Below the pieces are notes generated by a model. The model was not told the origin of the DNA and searched no databases. It was given only the letters and a program-made list of their open reading frames with translations. The position numbers were made by a program, and so were the translations under genes. Positions 1 through 9,410 of a DNA stretch of 43,086 nucleotides are shown piece after piece; within the stretch, counting starts at the first letter, position 1, and each line of letters starts with the position of its first letter. The stretch lies in the sequence record DRR723986_7331, one strand, 5' to 3'.

Positions 1-41
1 TGGTAAAGCCCCCTCTGTTCGTTCAATTGATAAATGATTAA

Positions 42-2639
42 TTACTGTGAATTAACATTTCTAAAAGCAGGTGCTGACCACCCTTGGCGAGAGTTGGCGG
101 GCTTTGCCGGCAACGGCGTACCGCCAATCAACTTCTCGGTGGCAGTGCCATATCGCAACCAGGTTTGTGTGGGCTGTGTACCTACTCCCGGTTTGGTATA
201 GTCACACACACCTTGCGGGAAAATTTCCTTCACCTGGGCCACAAAGGCTGCGGGGTCGGTGATGGACATTACCCCCGCATAGTCGGCTGCATCCACTGGC
301 TTCAATACGCATTTGTTGGTGAGGGTGCGAATATCGTCACCCGCCACTGTGCGCGGTGTGTCAAACCGGGTTTGCACCAAGACATGTTGCAGCTCTGCAA
401 TGGGGCCGGTGAGTTGGCCCGACATGCCCGTTGGGTCAAAAGCCGAGAAGTCTAAACCACACACCTGATTGCTGAGCTGATCAAAAATTTGACCCGCCTC
501 GGGAGGTGGCTTCGGAATACTGCTTGAATTGGCCATGGGCAACACAGGGTCTGGATAAAACAGGTTGCCACTGAGCGGAACAAAGGGGCCGTCATCTGCA
601 TAAATGCTTTGCGCTGACAAGCATTTGTCGCGGGCTGCGCGCGGTTTGTTGGCCACCACTTTTTCGGGCAGTGGCTTGTTGCTGTCATCAGCCTCAATCT
701 GGCTCAACCAACGATCCATCACCAGCAAGGCCTCGGTGCTGTAGGTGGAGTCACCGGCCAACACCAATTGCCCGAACCAGATGACATGGTTGTCAAAGTG
801 CCCCTGTGTGGCATTCAAACGGGCGCGCATTTGCCAACTGTGGAAAGCATCGTGTGCAATGCCGGGATCGGGGCCCCGCAAGTCGATAATCGGGATATTG
901 CTGAGGTGCTCGGCCGTGTTCACCGCGCCTGTTTTATAGGAATTGGCCAAAGCCAATGGGTCCGCCACGGTGCGGCTGGCCACGCGTTGAATGTCCACAT
1001 CAAAACCGCCAATATTGCGGTTCAAGTCCAGAAACTGATCGGCTGTGATGGTGCCTTGCTTCAAGGCACCCAAACCGTATTGAACACCCACGTTGTCCAA
1101 GGGAATACCACCAAATCCACGTCCGATTTTCTTTTCGTTGGCACTCCACACATCGGGTGTTCTGAAGCCAAACTGGGTGCTCATGTAATCGATCAAACCA
1201 CAACGCAAACCGCCCGGATTGTTGACTGGATCGTAGGGCGTGGCCGCGCCATTCAAGCCACGACAATTCTGGGCATATGGGTAGGCTTTTGGAAAAAATG
1301 CGTTGTCCGACAGCACTGGGTTGATTGGCAAATGCCCATACACGGCACTCCACTGCACGTAAGGCAGGAAGTTGGGAGCAAATTGCGGAAACTGGCGGGA
1401 ATTGTCTGCTTCATTCACCCCTGGGTAGCGATTGCCGAAATAGGAGTTCAACAGGTTGTAGTCCGCAAACTGAGTGGCTGTGGTCCAGACATCGGGGTAT
1501 GAACACTGCACGATGATGCCCTGATAAATACCAGGGTAGGCATTGGCAATGTGTTGCTGGGCAATCGCACCACCCGAGCAGCCTGTGCCCATGGTGTAGC
1601 GGATTTCGCCATATTGCTCAACAATCCGTTCCTTCACCATCATCAGCGATTCAGCGGCAGTCACCAGATTCACGTTGTGACCCAAATTGGCCAGGGCAGT
1701 TGAGGTGGCAATAAAGCCGCGCCCCAAAGCCACTGTAATGCTGTCACCCAGCAAAAACTCCGCACCGTCTGGCGCTGTACCCGAAATGTCACCATTCGGT
1801 GGATTGCCCGGACCATAGGTGACGCCCACGTTGCCACCATGGTGAATCAGTACTTTGCCATTCCACTGCGGCTGAGGCTTCCACGGTTGCCAATCCTCGG
1901 CCGGGTTGAACAGTGTGCGGATTTGATAACGATCGCGGTTTTGCACACCCCGTTCAGTGCGAACAATAAAGGGTACAGTCACACCGTTGTCGGTTGTGGT
2001 CATCGCAATTTCACTGGCGGGCGGTGGGTTTTCCGGATCGTAAGGCAAGAAGGTGGGTGCAAATTCCTGTTCCTGGAAATTGGAGTTGGTGAGTACGTGT
2101 TGCAGTTTGTTGGCAGGCAGATATGAAAAACTGAACACGGCCGGCTGATTGCACTGGGCATCCATGGTGCCCTCGTTGGTGCAGGTCCACGGTTGCACTT
2201 GCGGCCCGGAGAACACCGGCCCACCGTTGGGGTGATTGGTGATGGTGGTCACAATTCGGCCTGTGTTTTTCAACACTGCCATGATGCGGTTTTCACCCAA
2301 GGCCAAGCCCTGAATGCGACCCATGTAACGGCCATTTTCGCGCAGCGCAAACTGGTCGCTTACATCCACGGAGCCCAGCATCACTTTGACATTCTGCAAA
2401 TTGGCAGGGTCTTCGGCCGTAATTTCAACCAAGGCATTGCCGTCGCTGATCAAGTCGGCACGATTGGACAAAACGCGAATGCCATCCCCCGGCTCCAGTT
2501 CGACCGGCGTCTCTTCGTTGGGGTTGGTGACCGTGGGGCCATCACCCCCAGCCAGAATGCTGGAATCGTTGCCACCCAGGCAACCGGCAAGAAGCGCAAG
2601 CGTACTGATCGCCAGCGCGGACTGAAGTGTTTTGCTCAT
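42..2639 (-). CDS. Secreted lipoprotein, DUF6351 / tannase-feruloyl esterase-like alpha/beta hydrolase
   Basis: 865 aa ORF. Lipobox LLAGC and a GCSGG nucleophile elbow typical of tannase-family hydrolases. Several Cys residues fit an exported protein. Confidence 0.7.
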   Translation of the reverse strand: MSKTLQSALAISTLALLAGCLGGNDSSILAGGDGPTVTNPNEETPVELEPGDGIRVLSNRADLISDGNALVEITAEDPANLQNVKVMLGSVDVSDQFALRENGRYMGRIQGLALGENRIMAVLKNTGRIVTTITNHPNGGPVFSGPQVQPWTCTNEGTMDAQCNQPAVFSFSYLPANKLQHVLTNSNFQEQEFAPTFLPYDPENPPPASEIAMTTTDNGVTVPFIVRTERGVQNRDRYQIRTLFNPAEDWQPWKPQPQWNGKVLIHHGGNVGVTYGPGNPPNGDISGTAPDGAEFLLGDSITVALGRGFIATSTALANLGHNVNLVTAAESLMMVKERIVEQYGEIRYTMGTGCSGGAIAQQHIANAYPGIYQGIIVQCSYPDVWTTATQFADYNLLNSYFGNRYPGVNEADNSRQFPQFAPNFLPYVQWSAVYGHLPINPVLSDNAFFPKAYPYAQNCRGLNGAATPYDPVNNPGGLRCGLIDYMSTQFGFRTPDVWSANEKKIGRGFGGIPLDNVGVQYGLGALKQGTITADQFLDLNRNIGGFDVDIQRVASRTVADPLALANSYKTGAVNTAEHLSNIPIIDLRGPDPGIAHDAFHSWQMRARLNATQGHFDNHVIWFGQLVLAGDSTYSTEALLVMDRWLSQIEADDSNKPLPEKVVANKPRAARDKCLSAQSIYADDGPFVPLSGNLFYPDPVLPMANSSSIPKPPPEAGQIFDQLSNQVCGLDFSAFDPTGMSGQLTGPIAELQHVLVQTRFDTPRTVAGDDIRTLTNKCVLKPVDAADYAGVMSITDPAAFVAQVKEIFPQGVCDYTKPGVGTQPTQTWLRYGTATEKLIGGTPLPAKPANSRQGWSAPAFRNVNSQ

Positions 2640-2760
2640 TTTGTATTGTAAGTTTGAATTGTCTCCAAACCTTCATACTTCAAGCCAACACTTTCAGATT
2701 CACCTTGTAAATCAGTTACTTACTTTGTTTCGTACTTTACCTAATCACAGTTACAGTTTA

Positions 2761-3924
2761 TTACTGTCGGTGTTTTTTCGGCATGATGTGAATTAATCGC
2801 AAATCCATTTCCACCACACAGGCCTCGCCCTTTTTCAGACCCAAGCGCTGCGCCCCGGACACAGCCATCTTCAGTGTCTCGAACGGCGCCACATCCAGGG
2901 CCAGATCAATCAAGCTGAGTTCACCCAGATCACGGTGCGCTTGTACCCGGACAGGCAACGCTACAAAACCCTCACGCTGCAAGTTGTAAGCTGCCGGCTT
3001 CAAGGCCAAGCCATCTGCATGCACCACCCAGTTCACCGGGAAACCGGGTGGAATCTTGCCTTTGTCCTTCACCCGAAGCTGAAAGCTGTTGGAAGGTATT
3101 GCCTGCTGAGTATCCAGTGCACGGGTCCATTGCAAATGCCCCACGCCTGCTTCCTGGCCGGGTCCAAGCCATGCCCCATGAAAGCGGTTTTGAATGCCCA
3201 CCAGGTCAGCCACTCTGGAGTTACGGGGTCTTCGATGCACCTCAAAGGCCAGACCTTCCTGCAGCACCTGCCCTTGGTCCAGCACCACCAGTTTGTCGCA
3301 CAGCATGCGGGCTTCATTCAAGTCGTGGGTGACCAGCACAATCGGGATATTCAGGTCGGCCCGCAGTTCCGCCAACAATCGGTACAAGCCTTCACGGTTC
3401 ATTTGATCCACCGCGGAAAAAGGCTCATCCAGCAACAGCAACTGGGGCTGACGGGCCAAGGCCCTGGCCAGCGCAACGCGTTGTTGTTGCCCACCGGATA
3501 AGCGGGCTGGTTTGCGCATGGCTTCGTCCGCGGTCAAGCGCACGCGCTTGAGCCACTGCACCGCTTCAATAATTTGTTCACCCTTGGGCAAGTGTTGCAA
3601 AGCCAGCGCCACGTTGGCAGCAGCGCTAAGGTGGGGCATCAAGGCGTAATTCTGAAAGACCAAACCAACCCGACGCTGCTGAGGCGTTTGAAAAATTCCT
3701 TTCTGTGTGTCGAGCCACACCTGCCCGCCCACTTCGATGCGACCACTCGCTGGTTTCATCAAGCCTGCCAACACGCGCAAAATGGACGACTTGCCCGCCC
3801 CGGAAGGCCCCACCAGGGCAAGCAATTGCCCAGCCTCACAGGAAAAATTTGCACGCAGCGGCATGGGCTTTTGCTGCTCAATTTCAACATGCAATACGCT
3901 GCTTGTGTGCTGCATCTGGCTCAT
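2761..3924 (-). CDS. modC: Molybdate ABC transporter ATP-binding subunit
   Basis: Walker A GPSGAGKS, signature LSGGQQQR, Walker B LLLLDE and a TOBE-like C-terminal extension. Start moved to the ATG at 3924, which overlaps the modB stop (ATGA). Confidence 0.88.
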   Translation of the reverse strand: MSQMQHTSSVLHVEIEQQKPMPLRANFSCEAGQLLALVGPSGAGKSSILRVLAGLMKPASGRIEVGGQVWLDTQKGIFQTPQQRRVGLVFQNYALMPHLSAAANVALALQHLPKGEQIIEAVQWLKRVRLTADEAMRKPARLSGGQQQRVALARALARQPQLLLLDEPFSAVDQMNREGLYRLLAELRADLNIPIVLVTHDLNEARMLCDKLVVLDQGQVLQEGLAFEVHRRPRNSRVADLVGIQNRFHGAWLGPGQEAGVGHLQWTRALDTQQAIPSNSFQLRVKDKGKIPPGFPVNWVVHADGLALKPAAYNLQREGFVALPVRVQAHRDLGELSLIDLALDVAPFETLKMAVSGAQRLGLKKGEACVVEMDLRLIHIMPKKHRQ

Positions 3925-4589
3925 CGTTTGCGCCTTCTTCGGCCAGACAGCCACAGCGAAGTGGCCACCGCCACCAGCGAGAACATCAACAGGGCCAGCG
4001 ACATGGTGTGGGCTGCATTCAAGTCAAAACTTTGCACGCTGTCGTAAATTGAAATCGCCAGGGTTTTCGTTTCTCCGGGAATGCTCCCGCCTATCATCAG
4101 CACCACGCCGAACTCACCCAGGGTATGCACAAAAGTGAGCACCATCGCCGACAAAATGCCGGGCCAGGCCAAAGGCAATTCCACTTTGGTGAAAATGGCC
4201 CAACTGCTCAAACCGCTCACCTGTGCGGCCTCATTCAGATTGTAGGGAATGGACTCAAATGCCCGCTGAATGGGTTGCAACATGAAAGGAATATTGAACA
4301 ACACCGAGGCCAGTAACAGACCCGCAAAATTGAAAGTGAGCGACACGCCAAAATTGTTTTGAAGCCACTGCCCCACAGGCGACCCACCGCCCAAGGCAAC
4401 CAACAGGTAATAACCCATCACTGTGGGTGGCAACACCAAGGGCAACAAAATGGCGGCCTCGATCCAGGTGCGGCCTTTGAAGGCTGTGCGGGCCAACCAT
4501 CGACCCGCGAGCAGGCCCAGCGGCAACAACACCAAGAGGGTGCCCAAGGCAAGTTGAATGGACAGCGAAAACGCAGACCAATCCATCAT
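3921..4589 (-). CDS. modB: Molybdate ABC transporter permease
   Basis: ModB hallmarks LPLVLPPTVMGYYLL, an EAA loop, and LGEFGVVLMIGGSIPGETKT. Confidence 0.93.
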   Translation of the reverse strand: MMDWSAFSLSIQLALGTLLVLLPLGLLAGRWLARTAFKGRTWIEAAILLPLVLPPTVMGYYLLVALGGGSPVGQWLQNNFGVSLTFNFAGLLLASVLFNIPFMLQPIQRAFESIPYNLNEAAQVSGLSSWAIFTKVELPLAWPGILSAMVLTFVHTLGEFGVVLMIGGSIPGETKTLAISIYDSVQSFDLNAAHTMSLALLMFSLVAVATSLWLSGRRRRKR

Positions 4590-5350
4590 CGTTCACGCAC
4601 CTCGTCATAGCCGTACCTCTTGAGTATGGCGCGAGCAGGTGCCGAGCTCATGAAATCTGCAAATGCCTTTGCAGCCGGGTTACCGGGGCGAATCAACACC
4701 ATGCCCTGTACCAAAGGTTGATGCCATTCACGGGGCACCAAGGCATATTGGGTACGTGCAGCCAGCTCGGGCGCAAGGGCCAGCGACAAGGCCACCAACC
4801 CAGCCTGTGCAGCGCCTGAGGCCACAAATTGCGTCGCCTGGCCCACATTCTCGCCAATGACCAGTCGCGGTTTTGCTTCAACCCACAAATCAACATGCAT
4901 CAGCGCTTCTTGCGCGCGCATGCCATACGGTGCCACGGTGGGATTGGCCATGGCCAACTTGCTCAAACGTCCATCCTTCAATGCGGCGGCCAGGTCTGCC
5001 AGCGTGCCATCGGGTTTCAGGCGGCTTTTATGCGGCAACAACAACACCAAACGCCCCTCGGCATAGGGCAATGCCGGCGATGCAGCCAGTTTTTCATCCA
5101 CCAGCTTTTGAGGAAACACCATGTCGGCTGACAAAAACACATCAAACGGCGCACCTTGTTTAATCTGGCTGTAGAAGTTGCCTGAAGAGCCATATGCCAC
5201 CTTCAGGCTGTGCCCAGTGGCTTTGGTAAATTGCGGAGAAATTTCATCCAGCGCGTAGCGCAGGGTGGCAGCGGCGGCAACCGTGGCGCTGCCCGCATGG
5301 GCTGCGCCCAGACTGATCAGTAAAACAAAACAGGCCAATGTTTTCAACAC
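4586..5350 (-). CDS. modA: Molybdate ABC transporter substrate-binding protein
   Basis: Signal peptide, then VAAAATL, YGSSG, GAPFDVFLSA, ANPTVAPYG and GENVGQA. GTG start; 4-nt overlap with modB. Confidence 0.92.
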   Translation of the reverse strand: MLKTLACFVLLISLGAAHAGSATVAAAATLRYALDEISPQFTKATGHSLKVAYGSSGNFYSQIKQGAPFDVFLSADMVFPQKLVDEKLAASPALPYAEGRLVLLLPHKSRLKPDGTLADLAAALKDGRLSKLAMANPTVAPYGMRAQEALMHVDLWVEAKPRLVIGENVGQATQFVASGAAQAGLVALSLALAPELAARTQYALVPREWHQPLVQGMVLIRPGNPAAKAFADFMSSAPARAILKRYGYDEVRER

Positions 5351-5374
5351 AGTGTTTCGCCTACCTATTTAGCA

Positions 5375-6085
5375 TTAAATGCTGCGCTGATTCACACGTC
5401 TGGACAACTCTTCTGCAGACTCTACACGCTCGGAATAGCGATCAACCAGGTATTGCGCGTGGCCGCGCGTCAGCAAGGTGAATTTCATAAGCTCTTCCAT
5501 CACGTCCACCAGTCGGTTGTAATACGGCGAAGGTTTCATGCGGTTGTTCTCATCAAACTCCATAAATGCTTTGGCAATTGATGATTGATTGGGAATGGTG
5601 ATCATGCGCATCCACCGCCCCAACACGCGTAACTGGTTCACCACATTAAATGATTGCGAACCACCGCACACCTGCATCACAGCCAGAGTTTTGCCCTGTG
5701 TGGGCCGCTTGGCACCACCGGTCAGGGGCAACCAGTCAATTTGTGTTTTCATCACGCCTGTCATGGCACCATGGCGCTCGGGCGAACTCCACACCTGACC
5801 TTCCGACCAATCCGCCAGCTCGCGAAGTTCTTGAACCTTGGGGTGTTGCTCATTCGCTTCATCCACCAAAGGCAAGCCTTCCGGGTTAAAAAACCGGACC
5901 TCGGCCCCCATCAAGGTTAGCAAGCGCCCAGCTTCCTCGGCTGCCAAACGGCTGAATGAACGCGCACGCAACGAACCATACAGAATCAAAATGCGCGGCG
6001 GATGCAACAAGCTGTCGCCCAGCAGTTCACGATCAGGTTGCTTGAAACAGTTGGCATCCAGGTTGGGCAAATCACTCGGGTTCAT
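5375..6085 (-). CDS. arsH: Arsenical resistance protein ArsH (NADPH-dependent FMN reductase)
   Basis: [39 protein letters not shown], and C-terminal LVDRYSER. Confidence 0.95.
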   Translation of the reverse strand: MNPSDLPNLDANCFKQPDRELLGDSLLHPPRILILYGSLRARSFSRLAAEEAGRLLTLMGAEVRFFNPEGLPLVDEANEQHPKVQELRELADWSEGQVWSSPERHGAMTGVMKTQIDWLPLTGGAKRPTQGKTLAVMQVCGGSQSFNVVNQLRVLGRWMRMITIPNQSSIAKAFMEFDENNRMKPSPYYNRLVDVMEELMKFTLLTRGHAQYLVDRYSERVESAEELSRRVNQRSI

Positions 6086-6116
6086 GACTACTTTGTTTCC
6101 CTCTTGTTCGAACTGA

Positions 6117-6548
6117 TTAAAACCAGGCCACCGACATTTCAGAAAAATAAATTACCGCCACATAGCGCAATGTTTTTCCAATACCGACCAGCACAATAAA
6201 AAGCCATAGCTTCACTCGCATGATACCGGCGACCAGGGTTAAAGGGTCGCCACCAATCGGCATCCAGGCCAACAACAAACTCCAAACACCGTAGCGCTGA
6301 AACCAGGCTTGCATTTTCTCGATTTGCTCAGGCTTGAAGTAAAACCATTTTTTATGCTGGAAATGCAGCAAGTAGCGCCCCAACACCCAATTCACCACCG
6401 ATCCCAAGGTATTGCCAACTGCCGCCACAGCCAGCAACAAACCAGCGGGTTCACCGGCACGAATCATGGCAAACAAAACCACTTCGGAATAAAAGGGCAA
6501 AATGGTGGCCGCCAAAAAAGCAGAGGCAAACAGCAATAGATACGACAT
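6117..6548 (-). CDS. YqaA/DedA (VTT-domain) inner membrane protein
   Basis: [38 protein letters not shown] and GKTLRY motifs. Confidence 0.9.
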   Translation of the reverse strand: MSYLLLFASAFLAATILPFYSEVVLFAMIRAGEPAGLLLAVAAVGNTLGSVVNWVLGRYLLHFQHKKWFYFKPEQIEKMQAWFQRYGVWSLLLAWMPIGGDPLTLVAGIMRVKLWLFIVLVGIGKTLRYVAVIYFSEMSVAWF

Positions 6549-6551
6549 GGA

Positions 6552-7256
6552 TTACACGCGGAGGGAAGCTTGCTTGCATTGTTGCACAAGCCATTTGAAC
6601 AGGCGCCGTTGCTGCGGGCGGTAGAGTAAATATTCCGGATGCCATTGCACACCCAACCAGTGACAGTGCTCTGCGGGTTCAATGGCCTGCACGAATCCAT
6701 CCAGATCTCGAGCCACGATTCGAATACCCTCACCGAGTTGGTCAATGGCCTGATGATGAAGGCTGTTTATTCGCAACCTGCTGGCACGGGTTACCGAGGC
6801 CAGACAACTGCTGGCCCGCAAGGCGGCGGTCTTACGTGGCAATACCGTACCCCTGTTTGAGGTTAACTTGCGCTTTGCGCGAATGTCGATGTGCAAACTG
6901 CCACCCAAGCTAACATTGATCAACTGGGTGCCGCGGCAAATTCCCAGCATGGGCAACTGGTGCTTTAAAGCCCAGGCGATATGCGCCTGCTCCAGGGCAT
7001 CGCGATCAGGGTCGTAATGCGCTTTGGGCGCTTCCTCTTCGCCATACAGGGAGGGGTGAATGTCGTCACCACCACTCACAATCAAGGCATCAATTTTTGA
7101 AATCGGCCACGGGTGCCTCACGCTGATGCGCCGGGCTGTGCCGCCGGCCAGCCACACGGCAAACCGGATACTGAACCACGAGGGCGACCACCATTTGGCA
7201 TTGCCGGTCACACCGACAACAGGTTTTCGTGAATGGTCGCCAGTTGCTGGTGCCAA
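6552..7256 (-). CDS. Class I glutamine amidotransferase / peptidase C26 (PuuD-like)
   Basis: SGGDDI, LGICRGTQ (catalytic Cys), NSLHHQAI and GVQWHPE (His-Glu). TTG start preceded by AAGGAAG inside the upstream gene. Confidence 0.88.
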   Translation of the reverse strand: MAPATGDHSRKPVVGVTGNAKWWSPSWFSIRFAVWLAGGTARRISVRHPWPISKIDALIVSGGDDIHPSLYGEEEAPKAHYDPDRDALEQAHIAWALKHQLPMLGICRGTQLINVSLGGSLHIDIRAKRKLTSNRGTVLPRKTAALRASSCLASVTRASRLRINSLHHQAIDQLGEGIRIVARDLDGFVQAIEPAEHCHWLGVQWHPEYLLYRPQQRRLFKWLVQQCKQASLRV

Positions 7257-8197
7257 GGCTCTTCCTTCAAGTTGATCAGGTTTTCGTTGTAATCAGTCCA
7301 TTGTTCACACATGGACCTTAATGTGACCGGGTCCGCAGCCAAGTGTTCCACCACGCACCAAATATTCCAGCTGTCGGCCAAGCCCCAACCCTGCTTTTCA
7401 ATCTCGCAGTTGGGCAAGCGGTAATGGAATGTAGGTCGGGCGTTGACGCGTTCATCCTGCACCGCAGCCAGCACCCTCGCTTCATCAATCTGTTTGAACA
7501 AAGGCAGCAAATCCATGCCCCGGTTCCGCGTGGGGTTGTATTCCAGGTAATCGTCCATGATTTGTTCCAAGGGTGTATCGGCCGTGTAGGTCATCACCTC
7601 ATGGATGTACTTTTTGGGATAGGTGTCGATGTAAGGCGTTAAGCGACGCAGTGTGTCCACGTCATGTGCCTTCATCAACCAGTACTGCGACACGCAATAG
7701 GCCTGCAAATAGGGCACCAGTGTTTTCGAATCCAGCGCAGGCAATTCGGTGTTGATGTGCACGCCAAATGCGTAAAGCAGTGAATCGGACGTACCCAGCG
7801 CACCAGCGTGTTGCAAGGCGCTCACCATGTCGTCAAGTATGCCGAGTTGATCAACTGGAACTGGTGGACAAACCACCTCAAGAGGCACAACCTGACGTGC
7901 CAGGTCGGTCATCAATTCCAGCACGGCATCCTCGCTGGCCCCCTGCTCTTCGAGCCGCTTGCGTGCCATGTTCTTGGCAAAGCTCCAGTCCAGTTCAATC
8001 TTGAAATCGCCAAATTGTGGGTGCTTTACCTTGCATTCGGCCTGGGTATCCTTGATCACCTCGCCGCGCACCGCTTGCGCCACTGCACTGGCTGCGGTTT
8101 GCAAATCAAGCCCGGCAAATTCCAATTCGAAACCTGCACAGCGTACCTGCCCCTCGGCATTGTTCATCCACGCAGGTTTGGCATAGTGCTTGACCAT
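7208..8197 (-). CDS. Putative amidoligase (Amidoligase_2 family, glutamine-synthetase-fold COOH-NH2 ligase)
   Basis: GFELEF, PLEVVCPP, FGVHIN and RPTFHYRLPN correspond to the ExE / E / HxN / HxR pattern of this family. Confidence 0.8.
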   Translation of the reverse strand: MVKHYAKPAWMNNAEGQVRCAGFELEFAGLDLQTAASAVAQAVRGEVIKDTQAECKVKHPQFGDFKIELDWSFAKNMARKRLEEQGASEDAVLELMTDLARQVVPLEVVCPPVPVDQLGILDDMVSALQHAGALGTSDSLLYAFGVHINTELPALDSKTLVPYLQAYCVSQYWLMKAHDVDTLRRLTPYIDTYPKKYIHEVMTYTADTPLEQIMDDYLEYNPTRNRGMDLLPLFKQIDEARVLAAVQDERVNARPTFHYRLPNCEIEKQGWGLADSWNIWCVVEHLAADPVTLRSMCEQWTDYNENLINLKEEPWHQQLATIHENLLSV

Positions 8198-8211
8198 TCA
8201 ATTTTCCCTAC

Positions 8212-8252
8212 AAAAAACAAAAGCGGCGGGCTTTTTCAAGCCCACCGCTTTT
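8212..8252 (-). terminator. Rho-independent terminator after ohr, possibly bidirectional
   Basis: Stem AAAAGCGGCGGGCTT-TTTC-AAGCCCACCGCTTTT. On the minus strand it is followed by TTTTGTTTTTT. Confidence 0.85.
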
Positions 8253-8277
8253 CAAACGGTTAACAGCCTGTGAGCGC

Positions 8278-8700
8278 TTACACCACAGTCAACTTTACAT
8301 CCACATTGTTACGGGTTGCGTTGGAGTAAGGGCACACCTGATGCGCCTTCTCCACCAGCGCATTGGCGGCGGCTTTGTCCATGCCGTCCAGCTTGATACT
8401 CATGTCCACAGTGATTGCAAAACCCACACCTTTCGGGTTGCCACCGATCCCCACTGTGGCGGTAATTTCAGGCTCGGAAGGCAAGCTGATTTTTTCCTGT
8501 CCAGCCACAAATTTGATTGCGCCGATAAAACAGGCCGAGTAGCCTGCTGCAAACAATTGCTCAGGGTTGGTACCTGGGCCGCCGGCACCACCCAACTCCT
8601 TGGGCGTGCTGAGTTGCACTTTCAAGCGCCCGTCGTCGGTGGCTGAGCCGCCTTCACGGCCGCCGGTGGATGTGGCTTTGGTTGAGTACACGACTTGCAT
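8278..8700 (-). CDS. ohr: Organic hydroperoxide resistance protein
   Basis: GGREG, TNPEQLFAAGYSACF and AHQVCPYS; both catalytic Cys are present. Confidence 0.96.
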   Translation of the reverse strand: MQVVYSTKATSTGGREGGSATDDGRLKVQLSTPKELGGAGGPGTNPEQLFAAGYSACFIGAIKFVAGQEKISLPSEPEITATVGIGGNPKGVGFAITVDMSIKLDGMDKAAANALVEKAHQVCPYSNATRNNVDVKLTVV

Positions 8701-8731
8701 TGTTTTCTCCTTTGATTAGGTGGATGAAGCA

Positions 8732-8811
8732 GCAAATAGTTATCGCAGTAACTATTTGCAAGAACAATTCAATAAAATTTGCCAGTGATCGGCAAATGTT
8801 ATCGCAATAAC
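8732..8811. promoter_or_regulatory. Two palindromic operator sites upstream of ohr, probably bound by OhrR
   Basis: Perfect 11-bp inverted repeat GCAAATAGTTA-TCGCAG-TAACTATTTGC at 8732-8759. A second copy of the core, GTTATCGCAATAAC, lies at 8798-8811. Confidence 0.7.
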
Positions 8812-8828
8812 CAATTACGAACAAGTGA

Positions 8829-9266
8829 TCAGGCTTTTAGCAGTCGTTCACGCAAGGCATCCAATTCGCATTTCAATCGATGAATGTCCATGGGTGTCAT
8901 GCCACATTGTTCAACCACACACGCGTAAACGTCCAGCGCTTTTTCCCGAATCCGCTTGCCTTCTTCAGTGAGGTAAATTTGCAGTTGCCTTTCATCATCG
9001 GTACTTCGATTGCGGGTCAACAGGCCTTGTTCAGCCATGCGTTTGATCACTGGCGTCAGTGCGCCTGGCTGTTGGCCCAGCTGACGGGCCACATTGATGA
9101 GGCTGACACCGTCCTCTTTCCACAGGATCATCATCACCAGATACTGCGGAAAGGTTAAGCCCAAAGGTTGCAACAGGGGCTTGTAAACCTGGGTGATTGC
9201 CAGGGAAGTGGCATACAAAGAGAAACAAAGCTGATTGTCTAGCGCTAAAGGATTCTCGGTTTTCAT
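8829..9266 (-). CDS. ohrR: MarR-family organic peroxide sensor OhrR
   Basis: LDNQLCFSLY with the sensing Cys, LGLTFPQYLVM, extra C-terminal Cys residues, and adjacency to ohr. Confidence 0.92.
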   Translation of the reverse strand: MKTENPLALDNQLCFSLYATSLAITQVYKPLLQPLGLTFPQYLVMMILWKEDGVSLINVARQLGQQPGALTPVIKRMAEQGLLTRNRSTDDERQLQIYLTEEGKRIREKALDVYACVVEQCGMTPMDIHRLKCELDALRERLLKA

Positions 9267-9410
9267 GTTGTTGGAGTTTTAACCAAACGATTGGGGTGTA
9301 TCAAGTGTAAACGCTTGAGCGGTTTGAGTCATCCTTGTCTAAGTCAATCCAAGACAATCTTGCATGAATGCAGACAATTCACCTCAAACCGCACCCGTCT
9401 GAATCCCGAA

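Noticed and set aside
216-230. CGGGAAAATTTCCTT, similar to the alcohol-module palindrome
   Set aside because: Lies inside the DUF6351 coding sequence; treated as a chance match.
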